Shown here in pieces: positions 41,968 to 56,008 of a DNA stretch of 64,000 nt (its first letter is position 1; each line of letters opens with the position of its first letter). The notes beneath the pieces are model-generated. The model had not been told where the DNA came from, did not search any database, and saw only the letters and a program-made list of their open reading frames with translations. Both the position numbers and the translations under genes were made by a program. Location: contig OZ024747.1 of NCBI GenBank assembly GCA_964016885.1, positions 77,438,001 to 77,502,000 of the forward strand, given 5' to 3'. This stretch comes from Eledone cirrhosa (taxonomy: Eukaryota).

Positions 41968-44529
41968 ATGGTGGCTGCCAACTCGTTTTCGAGTACGGCC
42001 ACTACTTTATATCCATGTAGGAGAACCCCTACCGATGCGCTGAACGAGTGTGACTTTTTAGTCCAGCCAGCGACTTGAAAACTCTGGTACAAACACTACA
42101 CCTGTGACAATTATTGACACATAGTGCTGGGCCCATGGTACCATGTGACGATAGGTGGACAGAGATCTCCAGATATAAAGCAATGCCTGTGCCGTGAAGC
42201 TTTTATAGTGAGCAAAGGCACTGCACAAAGCCAGTCCCACTCTCTTAACCAAGATGATATTTACCAAAAAGAAGAACAAGTCAACATCATTGGATACCAT
42301 CAGAGTTGCAGGTGTTATATCAGAGATTTCCTTCTCCTAGAATTCTACCTTGACAAAGGCTAAGGGGTCATCTCTACCGGTGATTTTGGATGGCCATTGA
42401 CTCTTAAGAGCTCCTTTGCCCTTTGACAGGTTTTGTTTTTAGTCCTGCAGGATGTCCAAAGTCACCCTCCTTACCAAGAAACCTTGGTGGGGTTGCCAGT
42501 TTAGTCGCCAACGACCCGACCATGAGACGGGTTGTACTGGGATACATGTTACCAGTAGCACCAACTGGTGACCTGACATAATACATACATACATACATAC
42601 ATACATACACACACACATACATACATACATACATACATACATACATACATACATACATACATACATACATACATACATACATACATGGTGGCTGCCAACT
42701 CGTTTTCGAGTACGGCCACTACTTTATATCCATGTAGGAGAACGCCTACCGATGCGCTAAACAAGTCTGACTTTTTAGTCCAGCCAGCGACTTGAAAACT
42801 CTGGTACAAACACTACACTTGTGGCAATTATTGACACATAGTGCTGGGCCCATGGTACCATGTGACGACAAGTGCAGAGAGATCTCCAGATATAAAGCAA
42901 TGCCTGTGCCGTGAAGCTTTTATAGTGAGCAAAGGCACTGCACAAAGCCAGTCCCACTCTCTTAACCAAGATGATATTTACCAAAAAGAAGAACAAGTCA
43001 ACATCATTGGATACCATCAGAGTTGCATACATACATACATACATACACACATACATACATACATACATACATACATACATTCATACACACATACATACAC
43101 ACATACATACACACATACATACATACACACACACATACATACACACACACACATACATACATACATACATACATACATGGTGGCTGCCAACTCGTTTTCG
43201 AGTACGGCCACTACTTTATATCCATGTAGGAGAACCCCTACCAATGCGCTGAACGAGTGTGACTTTTTAGTCCAGCCAGCGACTTGAAAACTCTGGTACA
43301 AACACTACACTTGTGACAATTATTGACACATAGTGCTGGGCCCATGGTACCATGTGACGACAAGTGCAGAGAGATCTCCAGATATAAAGCAATGCCTGTG
43401 CCGTGAAGCTTTTATAGTGAGCAAAGGCACTGCACAAAGCCAGTCCCACTCTCTTAACCAAGATGATATTTACCAAAAAGAAGAACAAGTCAACATCATT
43501 GGATACCATCAGAGTTGCAGGTGTTATATCAGAGTTTTCCTTCTCCTAGAATTCTGCCTTGACAAAGGCTAAGGGGTCATCTCTCCCGGTGATTTTGGAT
43601 GGCCATTGACTCTTAAGAGCTCCTTTGCCCTTTGACAGGTTTTGTTTTTAGTCCTGCAGGATGTCCAAAGTCACCCTCCTCACCAAGAAACCTTGGTGGG
43701 GTTGCCAGTTTAGTCGCCAACGACCCGACCATGAGACAGGTTGTACTGGGATACATGTTACCAGTAGCACCAACTAGTGACCTGACATACATACATACAT
43801 ACATACATACATACATACATACATACATACATACATACATGAACTTGGATTTGCGGACAAAAAGCGCAGCTCCCTAATTCATAGTCTACAAATGGCTGCG
43901 ATAGCTGGCACCTTCAAAATTTGCAAAACATTCTTGCGATTCAAGGGATGACAATTTTTTTTCTTTTACAACCTTGCCACCAGGAAGGTGGCCGGTCAAA
44001 AAAATATACTCGAAATTAAGAGAAAGAGAAAACAACATACATAAATACATACATACATACATACATACATACATACATACATACATACATACATACATAC
44101 ATACATACATACATACATACATGGTGGCTGCCAACTCGTTTTCGAGTACGGCCACTACTTTACATCCATGTAGGAGAACCCCTACCGATGCGCTGAACGA
44201 GTGTGACTTTTTAGTCCAGCCAGCGACTTGAAAACTCTGGCACAAACACCCCACTTGTGACCATTATTGACATATAGTGCTGGGCCCATGGTACATGTGA
44301 TGACAAGTGCAGAGATATCTCCAGATATAAAGCAATGCCTGTGCCGTGAAGCTTTTATAGTGAGCAAAGGCACTGCACAAAGCCAGTCCCACTCTCTTAA
44401 CCAAGATGATATTTACCAAAAAGAAGAACAAGTCAACATCATTGGATACCATCAGGGTTGCAGGTGTTATATCAGAGTTTTCCTTCTCCTAGAATTCTGC
44501 CTTGACAAAGGCTAAGGGGTCATCTCTCC
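41968..44529 (-). mobile_element. Co-oriented cluster of four bipartite RTE-derived elements separated mainly by (TACA)n
   Basis: 41968-42577 (full), 42685-43026 (5'-truncated), 43177-43786 (full) and 44121-44529 (5'-truncated). Confidence 0.88.
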
Positions 44530-44762
44530 ATACATACATACATACATACACACATACATACATACATACATACACACATACATACATACATACATACATA
44601 CATACATACATACATACATACACACATACATACATACATACACACATGATGATGGCAGCCCTCTCGTTATCGAGTATGGCCATTGCACGAGAAAAAAAAA
44701 GGAAAAAAAAATAATAAATAAAGAAAAAATAAAAGAAAAAAAAAAAATATATATATATATAT

Positions 44763-44793
<31 letters not shown>

Positions 44794-45108
44794 CACATAT
44801 ATATATACACATATATATATACACATACATTAATAACAATAATAATAATGATTTCATTTATTGGCCACAAGGGCCGACATATAGGGGACAACACAATAGA
44901 CAGGGACAGTGGGGGTTTACATAGAGATCGAGTAAGTATAAATAACAAAAAAACAAAAACAAAATAACAATAAAAATACAACAATGAAAGTTCCCCAATA
45001 AGAGGGATCACCACCCAGGGTTGACTCAAGCACCCCACCAGTCCTGAGCCACCCGACGCTCCTAGGGCACCCGGGAAGGGCACCCCTCTCCTTCTCGAAT
45101 TCACCAGC

Positions 45109-48100
45109 CTACAGGCGCATGATCAGAGTAGGCCCACTCACGCGGGCCATTCTCGCCACATTCACCCACCTTTCAGTAAATGTACTGGGGGGCAGCACTT
45201 CTCTCTCCACCCTCACCTTCCTTTCCAAGTGAAACTTGAAGAAGTTGATGAGGGATTGGCCGAAGAGAAAAGTGTCTGTCTTCAGTCCTTTCAACCTGGT
45301 CCACCATGCAACCTCTTTCGCTACTGCCACCAGGCAGAGGAAAATTGCCTGCCCTTCCTGACCAAAAGAAGGCGGCGGGTCAATCTTCACTATGGACTCG
45401 GACGATAGCCGGATCCGTTCTACACGCGACAATAGCTGTTCGACATAACCCCACAAGTCAGCAATGCACGGACACTGGACGAGTGCGTGCAGAACGGTTT
45501 CGTCGCTCTGCGCGCATCTCGGGCAGGTTCGTCTGACAGCACTTCCGTGCCTGTAGAGTTTATCCCGAACCGGCAGCGCCCCCCGGTAGCACTGCCAAGC
45601 GAGGGATTTCTGGAAGTTATCCATCGTCCCCGGCTCGAAAGTCCTCCGGAACATACTGGTCAGTTCTACTTCGTTGACGCCCAGAGCCTCTCCTAGTACG
45701 TCATCGCACTTGCCCTCCACTAATCCTCTATAGAAATCTTGAGTGGAAGTTCCACTGACCGCATTGCCCACCTTGCAGAGTGCAGTGAGCGCCTGGCAAC
45801 ATTCCAGATGCCAGTCGCCCAGTCTCGGTCTCTTCTTGACCCAGGACTGCAGCTCAGTCAAAGAGATGAGCTGCGGAAAGGCCCGTCTAACAAACGGCGA
45901 CCACACCTGTTCACCGTTTAGGCAAAATATCTGGAGATGTCGCAGCCTCAGCGCATGTCTGCGCATCATTAGCCACGGCATGCCCAGCCCTCCACGAAGA
46001 GGGTGCTGGCAGCAGATGGACCGCCTCACCAACGGGACCCGTCCCCTCCACAAAAATTTGAAAAGGAGCCGTTCCAAATTGGCGAGGCGTGGACGGGGGC
46101 AAGGCACGACGGTCAGGCGGTAGTAGATGACGGACGCGATGTACGCGTTCGCCACCTCCGCCCGCCCTTTCAGTGATAGCTTTCTCTCAGCCCATTTCTG
46201 GGTGAGGTTGGCTATCCTGCTCGTCACCTCGTCCCAATTCTTATCCACCTGGAGGTCTGGTCCGAACCAAACCCCGAGCAACTTTACCGGTCCGTCTGTC
46301 CAGCGCCCAACGACGCTGTTGGACGGCATGGACTTGCCTCTCCAGGTGCCGAGCTGCAAGCCCACCGACTTTTCCGGGTTAAGTTTTGCTCCCGTCAACC
46401 TTTCATATTCCTCCAAATGGGTGCGGATCACCTCGATTTCCGAGGTGTCCGACACCATCACGGTGATGTCGTCCGCATAAGCGGACGCAGCCTTTCTACG
46501 TCCCGGTTCGAGCGGGATGCCCTGCAACAACTCCAGCTTCCGCAGTAGAGGCTCAAGAGTCAATACGTACAGAAGTGAGGAGAGAGGGCACCCTTGACGG
46601 ACCGATCGAGAGATCTGAAACGGTTCCGAGAGGTGGCCATTAACTTTGACCACCGAGCGGATGCCGCTGTACATTGCAGCGATCCAGCTTCTGAAGACGG
46701 GGCCGAAGCCAGCCGCCTCGAGGACAGCCTCCAAGTACCGATGGTCGACCCTATCGAATGCTTTCGATTGATCTAAATTGATCAGAGCCCCACCGAAGCC
46801 AGGTTTGCACCCAACCCTCTCTATGATGTATCGCATGAGGTGGAGGTTGTCGTGTATGGACCTGGTCGGGATTGCGCAAGTTTGCGCCTCCCCAACCAAA
46901 TCTTTGACGACAAGCGCCAACCTTTTCGCTAACACCTTGGCCAAAATCTTAAACTCTGTGTTGAGCAGGGTTATGGGCCTGAAATTATCTAGTGTGTCCC
47001 TCTTGTTCTCGTCTTTCCTTATCAGCGTCACTACGCCACGGCTCACAGAACTGGGAATGCTCCCGTTCTGCTGCCAGTTGCAGTAGAGCGCTTCGAGGAG
47101 ATCGGAGAACAAGTCTGGCATATTTACGTAAAGCTCGTAGGGCAGACCATCCAAACCGGGTGACTTGCGACTCGAGCAGCCGACAAGGGCGTCCTGAATT
47201 TCGGCTGATGTTATCGGCTCTTCGCAGCGCTCAGCGTCGGCCGTCGAGAGGCGTGGCAAGCCGTCGAGGTAGGGACTGAAGTCCGCCGCCGTCTCCGACT
47301 CACCCATCCTCCCGAACAATCGAGCAAAGTGCTGGCGAAAGGCCTCACACATCTGCTTGGAATCGCTCAGTTCGTGTCCATCTCGATCCGTCAAAGACCG
47401 AATTGTGGTTTTATTTCCACGCTGCGTCTCTGCAAAGCGAGCCCATCGGGCAGCTTTGCTTCCCTCGTTCCTCAGAGCACGCGCCTTAGCTCTGACAATG
47501 CAACCTTCGTGTTTCGCATTGAAGAAATGGTCTAGTGCCATTCTCGCCGCTAGCACGTCTGTTGCAATGCCACTACAAATAGCCTCGTCTAACTTAGCTA
47601 TCAGCCCCTCCTCCTTTCTATTTTTCTCTATTGCTACTTCTTTGCTAAATCCTATCGAGGTTGCTCTAATCTCTCTTTTGAGAGCCCCCCACCACCTGTT
47701 GTTGACAACCCCCCCCCCCCCCCGTCAACTTTTGCTTAACTAAGTTGTTGACCCGGTCCCTGTAAGCTTTACGTGCCGGAAACGACATGTTTAGCCTCCA
47801 GTAGCTAGGTCCTAACCTACGTGTCTTATCTAGGTCGACCATACAGATCACAAGCTTGTGATCTGAATAGGCAACCGTTTTAAAATGTGGACATCCTACA
47901 CTATTTCTATCTCTTTTCCTAATGAAAATCCTATCTATGTACGATCTAGATGACTCTATGCGATTGGTCCAGGTCCATACTGGCGCATTAGGGAAATCTA
48001 GTCGGTACCTGTCAGACAGTTGAAACTGGCTGATCAGGTACTTGAGGCTTTTGCACCCCCCGCTCCTATCAGATACTCCCACACAATCCCAGCGTGCTTC

Positions 48101-48535
48101 TAAGATGCCATTCCAATCCCCTATTAACAGTAAAGGGCGAGACGTAAGCAGAAAGTTTTCCAGGCGCCTAAAGAAGTCCGGCCGACCGGCCCCAGTAGGG
48201 GCGTAGACGGCCACCAGTCTAAAGGCACCACCTTCGCTATTGCTCACGTCCAGGACCACCAACTTTCCGTCAGGATCCCGGAAGATTGACCTTACCTCGA
48301 GATCCAGACATTTCCTAAACAGCACAGCCACTCCACCTCCCATTCCCGGCCGACTAACAGATGCAAAGATCTGATAATCGTCGAAAATCGGCGCCAGTGC
48401 GCGTGTGTCGGAAATTCTGGTCTCGCTGATGGCAATTACATCCATTCCTAGTGACCTGAGGTCGTTGAGCAAGTGACCTTGCTTCCAGGGCGACCCCAGG
48501 CCACGAACATTTAAACTTCCTACTCTTATGGCCAT
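45109..48535 (-). CDS. ORF2: apurinic-like endonuclease, reverse transcriptase and C-terminal zinc finger (one frameshift at poly-C ~47709-47722)
   Basis: GSLNVRG, SET, IGDWN, YIDRIF, SDHKLV; KSPGLDG, FRPITLLN, DQSKAFDRV, QGCPLS, YADD; CPRC....ETVLHALVQC. Confidence 0.92.
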
Positions 48536-48564
48536 GCTGGCAGGATGAATGGGAGAGGAAAGGT

Positions 48565-50457
48565 TTACTTACCTTCCGGGGTCTTGTGAAGGTCGGGTGG
48601 TTCGACCTCCATGGTTTGTGGGGTTTCTTTTGGGAACCCCTTTAATAGTCTTGAAGTGGGTTTTACGTTCGGGGTTCCCACATCCCGAGGAAAGCTCTTT
48701 CGAATTTCTTTGTATGAAGCGAGCGACATTCGCATCAGAAGCAAATTATCTGGTACGCGAAATGTGCTCGCTTCAAATGTTTCCCCCTCTTTTTCGATGT
48801 TTGTGCTTCGTGCTACATGGGCCATCAATTCCTTGTTGGCCCTTCTGGCAAGCACGAAGTTTTTAATGTTTTGTTGCTCGGGTTTTATTTGTTCGTGTGA
48901 TTGTGGTGGTGATAGCTTTGTTAGTGTTGTTTCTATTGTGTCTGCGTTTGTTGTGGGTGGGGTGTCTGTAGTTTCTGATGTTTGTGTGTCTATTTGTTCT
49001 TGTGTCTGTTTAGCTTGTTTGCGTTTGGGGGATTTTGGTGGTTGTGTTGGTGATGCTGTGGGGAAAATGTTTGTGTGGGTGGTGTGTGTATTTTTTTTTG
49101 TGGGGGTGTTTGTGCTTTGTGGATTTCTTTTTTTTTTTGTGTTTTGTTTTTTGTATTTTGGGGAACTTTGGTTTTCCCTCATCTTCACTGCTGGAGGATG
49201 AGGGGTCTGTGGCTGTGAGCGTGTTTGTGTCTGAGTGAGTGTTTATGTTCTTGTTCGTGTGTGTATTTTGGGGGAGAGGGGGAATGGGAGAGCTTTCCTC
49301 GTTTCCCCCCTGGGTGTGCAATTTTGGTGGTTCCATTGTTGACGGTGTTGCTGGTGGTCCTTGTCCCGGCGTCGCCAGCAGTGGAATCTTTCGACCCCTT
49401 GCGCTTTTCGGCAGTTGAGGGCAGAAGGCTCGCAAGTGTGTCGTTTCCCCACAAAGGAAACAATGCGGCCTTTTGCCCTCAGTCATTATATGCAACACCC
49501 TCCCGTTTTGGAGGCGGGTGTGGTCCGGGATTGCTTTTACGTTTTCGGGTCTGATTTGGAGCAGTATCTCCAGATCAACCCCGGACCAGTCGTCCCTGGC
49601 AGTTCTCGTTGCCTCTACCGGGACTGTATCCGTTCCTTCCACGATTACGCAACCCAGGAGCCACCACATATCAAGTCCTGGTGGAATCCTGGGAATGCGC
49701 ACACGTGCTATTCGTTTTCCCATGTGGGAGGGGTACATTATGACCTTGCTGGTTTTGCAAGGGGTCATTGAATGCTTCACAGCGAGGGCTTCAGACTTGA
49801 ACAGCACCGAAACGGTGCCGTATTGCCTGCCCCTCTCTATGAAGTCTGTGTCCTCTCTGATGTATTTCAGTGCGGCTTCTATATCAGCTTGGGCGATTAT
49901 CGCTGCCCTCTTTGTCTCTACTGAGATGCATCTGAAATGCACCGTTCTTTTTTCCACTGCCTCAATGGCTTCTGCCGGGACAGTTAAGTTTGCCCAGGTC
50001 TGCTCTTGATTTATGATTTTCCAGGCCTGGGCCAACTTTTCCTCTCTGTTGGTTAAGTTGATGCTGTAGCATGGTCTCCTTTTAGCCGCTGCCACAGCAG
50101 CGAAGGTGTTCTTGTTGGTGTTGTCACTGTTGTTGTTCTTGTTGGTGTTGCTGCTGCTATTGCTGTTGTTGTTCTCCCCTGTGTCGTGGTTACCCTCTGT
50201 GCTGTTGGCCTTGTTGGTGCTGCTGCTGTCGCTACTATTACTCTCTGTGCTGTTCGTTTTGTTGGTGCTCTCGCTATTACCACCTTCTGCACTGTTCGGC
50301 TTGTTGGTGTTGGTGTTGTCGCTGTTACCACCTTCCGCGCCGCCCTGTCGCTGCTCACACTCGTGCTGGTGGCGCTCCTCGCCCCACCTCTCCTCTCAAC
50401 GCTCAAGTCGCCGTTGCACGACAGCAGACCCGCCTCTAGGGGGCGTGGCTCCGCCAT
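48565..50457 (-). CDS. ORF1 gag-like protein with zinc knuckle (two apparent frameshifts)
   Basis: CFLCGETTHLRAFC with T/P/K-rich low-complexity flanks. Spread over three overlapping frames: 50053-50457, 49010-50095 and 48565-49188. Confidence 0.8.
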
Positions 50458-50783
50458 GTTTTTTTGAGAAAAAAAATTATTATTTTTCCAAAATAAAGTT
50501 CAAATATTTGGGCCAAAAGGCCCAAATATTATGAGTTATTCCTTCACAGGATACAAATGAATGTCTTATATTGTTTCAGCGGTACAAAAAAATAAACAAT
50601 TCTCCACAATTAATCCTCAAAAAATTGCTTACTCACGGAGCTTCAAAAAACGTACATCCACTTTCGTCAATAATAATAATAATAATAAAAACAATAATAA
50701 CGACAACAACAACAATAATAATATACATATACATATATATATACACACACACGCACACACAAAAACATATCTACACACACACA

Positions 50784-51120
50784 CACGATAGCAACTAACA
50801 GCGCTGCGATCGAATGTGGCTTTTAAGCCCAGCCAATGATCTAAAATGTCTTGCACAGAGTCGGCGACCAAAACATTCACTGGGAATAGCCGGCTGTGGT
50901 TGGAGTTCGTGTACTTTTGCATGTCGCTTGAGCCCTCCTGCTGATTTACATTCTCTACCACATGTTTGGCAAGCATGATGAGTAGCATCTCCAACAGCAG
51001 CCTGGTAGTCAACCACTGGTCTTACTTTATGACTGCGAAGATGACTTTCGAGTTCAGCTTTGCTTAGGCAGAGTCTCGCACAGACGCTGCATGTCAGCAC
51101 CATAGGAGGACCCTCGCCGT
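50784..51120 (-). mobile_element. RTE-clade LINE 3' fragment with tandem C2H2-like fingers
   Basis: [60 protein letters not shown]. The probable 3' UTR remainder is at 44646-44690. Confidence 0.78.
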
Positions 51121-51249
51121 CACATACACACATACATACACACATACATACATACATACACACATACATACACACATACATACATACATACATACATACA
51201 TACATACATACATACATACATACACACATACATACATATTATTGTTTGG

Positions 51250-51430
51250 ATTGGCAGTATTGGTAGAGGGTCGGACGCTATGCTTTGCAGCAGAGTTACG
51301 TCCCTTTACGGACTGAGTTCAAGTCCCGCCGAGGTTAACTTTGCCTTTCATCCTTACGGGGTCGATAAAGTAAAGTACCAGTAATGCACTGGGTAATTGC
51401 TGGCCTTGTGCCAAAAGTAGAAACAATTAT
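51250..51430 (+). mobile_element. SINE S1
   Basis: Full head plus body. Confidence 0.82.
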
Positions 51431-52014
51431 TGTTTGCCGACAGAGCGCCGCTAACGTCCGACGATTCTGTTGTTTTCTCTATGAAAGAAGATATTCCAAG
51501 GTTGTTCATTTTATTTAACAAACCTATAATCTAAAACATTTCCTTCTTAAACACACGGTTTTTTTTTTCTCCTGGCAGCCTATATTTATCTAGGATTATA
51601 CTATCTAATGTGTCATCACTTTCATAAGACAGTATTTAACTTAGATTTCTAGCAAGTTGAAGCTCTTGCATTGACTAACGAGGCTAATAAGAAATTAAAT
51701 TAGTTAAATAAAGAAAGCACGTATGTTTAAAACTTAGCGAGTGGAATTTATAAAATAGTCTAATAATAACGGGGCGTTTAATTCCACTGAACGGAAAAAG
51801 ATGGGCATCAGTGCACATGGGGTCGAACACACACCTTTTGTGTACCGGACAGGTGCGTTACCATTTACGCGTATATAACCGCATTTTCATTTCGACAAGG
51901 TTACTATATCAGGTTAACTTTCCAAACTTTACAGAGTGGACTGAGTGCATTTTATTGTGACACCAGCACTACTATTCTACAGCATGGATTAGGTGCATTT
52001 TATCGTGGCATATG

Positions 52015-52090
<76 letters not shown>

Positions 52091-52218
52091 TGTACGTGTG
52101 TGTGTGCGCGCGCGTGTGTGTGTGTGTAAATAAGAATGTTGATTGCATTAACCCGCAAACAAATCTCTCAGAAAAGTCCGTAAACCTACAATCATAAATA
52201 CCCACTTCGCCGCTTAAC

Positions 52219-52320
<102 letters not shown>

Positions 52321-52944
52321 TATGATGGGCGTTGAAAGAGTGACATCAAATCCCGGGACATATCAAACGTTGAACAAAAGATTACACAATATGTCTTATG
52401 GGGTTGTATCTTTTACATAATAGATGTCACTAAAATGTATATAACAATAACAAGGAAATCAATAAAATGATGTAAGATTCAAATACACTTCCTACGACAA
52501 TTAATTTTCTTTTTTTACATTAAAAAAAACATTATAGATGATAAAAAAAATATTACAAGAAATTCCATACGTTCTAAAATAAATAGGATGGGTTGGGGTC
52601 TCAATATGTAAACTAAACGACTAATTCTGTGTTTTTTTAAATCAACGAAGACAACCTAGAAAAATGACTGACCTCCCTGCTTATTTCAACCCATCTCCTA
52701 TTATTTGTGACCCGAGGGTATATAACAGCTGAATGGTTGAGGAAATCTATATCATCTAGTATAAAGCATCAAATGTGTTTGAGAAGCTTCAGTAAGATAT
52801 CTAGGAAGTTATTTAATTGATGTCCCTCATAAATTAGGCCTGCTATAAATGTTGAGGGTATATTTACACAATTGTTTTCCTCTTTTCACCTCCGAAGGGT
52901 CTTTAGAGTAACGTTACTCGTTAAAATGTGTAGCTCGTAGATCA

Positions 52945-53250
52945 GAGAGTCACTCCAGGTAGAGACGCTACATCTTCGAATTGAGAGATCACAGCTCCGA
53001 TACTATGGACATGTGGTTAGAATGTCGCAGGAAAGAATCGCTGGACAGATTTTGCGGGCAAAACCAAATAGCTGGAGACCCAGGGGTAGACCCCGAGCAA
53101 GATGGTTAGATAACATCCATGAGCTTGGCTGGTCACGCTTGGGGATCCAGTCGGATCAGTTGGAGACTGTTGCTTCTGACAGGACCCACTGGACGGAGTG
53201 TTTGAGGACTCTTCTCCCACGACCCTCTCAGGAATAAGTGGGCAAAGAAG
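52945..53250 (+). mobile_element. RTE-clade LINE 3' end
   Basis: IERSQLRYYGHVVRM...RPRGRPRARWLD...ASDRTHW...LLPRP. Confidence 0.82.
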
Positions 53251-53546
53251 ACGGGTCTAATTGGTTTAATCTTGCGTATTTTCTTGGTAGTTAGTTACTG
53301 GTATTTCATCTACAGTTGGTAAGATAGACTAAATACAAAATGAAATCACAGATGTAGTAAATTAGTGAGTTCTTTCCTCACTGTGAGGTTTGTAATCTTT
53401 CAGTCCTTCATAGTATGTATTGTCACGTAGAGTAATTTATACAATGTTTTTATAGTGTGCTGTGTCTATAATGACGATATGTATATATATATATAATGTG
53501 TATGTGTGTGCATGAGAGAGTGTGTGTAGGTGCGTGTGTACATACT

Positions 53547-53603
<57 letters not shown>

Positions 53604-53731
53604 TTATATTTACGTATATGTATATATATATATACATATATATGCATATATACATATTTATATTTACGTATATGTATATATACATATATATGCATATATA
53701 CATATTTATATTTACGTATATGTATATATAT

Positions 53732-53897
53732 GGACACACTAGAAGAGGAAGACCAAGGTTAACATATGTTGATGCCCTAAGGACAGACGCTGGTCTGTTG
53801 GAGATGCAGGATATGGCAGCGATAATGAGGGACAGAGACCGCTGGAGAGAACTCGTCCATGGATCTCGGGAATTTTACCCGCCCTAGATAGATAGAT
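53732..53897 (+). mobile_element. RTE-like LINE 3' end with (TAGA)n tail
   Basis: [18 protein letters not shown]......[11 protein letters not shown]. Confidence 0.75.
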
Positions 53898-53926
53898 ATA
53901 TATACATATATATATATATGCATATA

Positions 53927-54400
<474 letters not shown>

Positions 54401-54403
<3 letters not shown>

Positions 54404-54555
54404 ACTAGTACTGTTTCATTCAGATGAAGATTTCATCTGAATGAAACAGTACTAGTCCTGTAGAAGCTCCTTCTATAAAATAAAAAAATGTTACTCTGCC
54501 ATGTATTGAGTACCTTACTTACTGTGGTTATCCCCGACTCAACCCGGGACCTACG
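54401..54555. mobile_element. Family D element folded back at the hammerhead core
   Basis: Arms 54401-54428 and 54432-54459, containing TGAAGA tttcatctgaat GAAA cag..ctg TA gaagct. Confidence 0.75.
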
Positions 54556-54745
54556 TATATATATATATATATATATATTTATTATATATATATGTATGTA
54601 TGTATATATATTTATTATATATATATGTATGTATGTATATATATATATTATATATATATATGTATATCTCACACATATATATATAGAGAGAGAGATATCG
54701 ATATAGATACACAAACACATATATGTAGGTGTTTGTGTTTGAAAT

Positions 54746-54840
54746 GGCTTCTACAGGACTAAAACTGTTTCATTCAAAAGAAATCGTCATGTTTTCCTAT
54801 TGATTTCTCTTGAATGAAACAGTTCTAGACCTGTAGAATT
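54746..54840. mobile_element. Family D palindrome
   Basis: Arms 54749-54785 and 54802-54838. Minus strand TGACGA tttcttttgaat GAAA cag..ctg TA gaagc. Confidence 0.72.
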
Positions 54841-54866
54841 CATTTCTATATTAAACATATATATAT

Positions 54867-54936
<70 letters not shown>

Positions 54937-54971
54937 GCATATATATATATATTTATATATATATATATATA

Positions 54972-55039
<68 letters not shown>

Positions 55040-55196
55040 ATAAATATATATATATATATAATAAATTTGAAGACTAAAATCCAAAGAGGGCCCGATAAGG
55101 ATAAATATATATCAAATATATAAGAACCGTAGAGCAAAGAGAGGGAGAGAGAGAAAGAGAGAGAGAAAGAAAGAGAGAGATTATTTGAGCAAATTA

Positions 55197-55308
55197 TAAT
55201 TGTTTCTACTTTTGGCACAAGGCCAGCAATTATCCCAGTGTATTACTGGTACTTTATTTTATCGACCCCGTAAGGATGAAAGGCAAAGTTAACCTCGGCG
55301 GGATTTGA
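55197..55308 (-). mobile_element. SINE S1 3' part
   Basis: Reverse complement of the S1 body. Confidence 0.78.
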
Positions 55309-55596
55309 TCAAATTATAATATGAACTAATTATCTTTGCTTTCACCCTTTCAATTTATTCAAACTACATATATTCATATAATCAATCTGTGAACGCAGAA
55401 GTAAATATTTCGAAAAACGTTGCAAACGAAGGAAAACGGAAAGACGATACTTTGGTTCGTGAAGACGTTTCCTGGCAATGAACGGAAAAAAGCGAGGATG
55501 ATACGTCGTTATGTGGAATGATGAGATTTTAGTCTACACATACATACATATATATATATATATATATGGAAAACGAAGAATATATATATAAACGAA

Positions 55597-55646
<50 letters not shown>

Positions 55647-55741
55647 AAAACGAAGAATCTGCATAGAGTGCTCACCCGGTATACCGCCTATGGACGCATC
55701 CATTGGACGCATACAAGCAACCTTACTACAAATATATATAC

Positions 55742-55826
<85 letters not shown>

Positions 55827-56008
55827 AGAACTGAGCAATCTCGTGCTTTTTCTCCCCGAAAAAAATATTTTTCCGTTTCTTTTTCTTCTCACTCTCCTCT
55901 CTTTTTCTATTTCTTCTTCTATCTTTCGTTCTATTTTCAAGAAAATTGTGGAAAAAAATTATAATTCGTTTAGAATGCTTTAGACAAAATAAATAAATAT
56001 AAACTTAC

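Larger units (their letters stand above)
44850..50668 (-). mobile_element. Near full-length Tx1/L1-like non-LTR retrotransposon
   Basis: 5' UTR, ORF1 with CCHC knuckle, ORF2 with APE-RT-CCHC and a short 3' UTR. (AAT)n lies on both flanks. Confidence 0.92.

Noticed and set aside
50795-51229. Host C2H2 zinc-finger gene
   Set aside because: Finger spacing, 5' truncation into (TATG)n and a homologous stub at 9007 indicate an RTE C-terminus.
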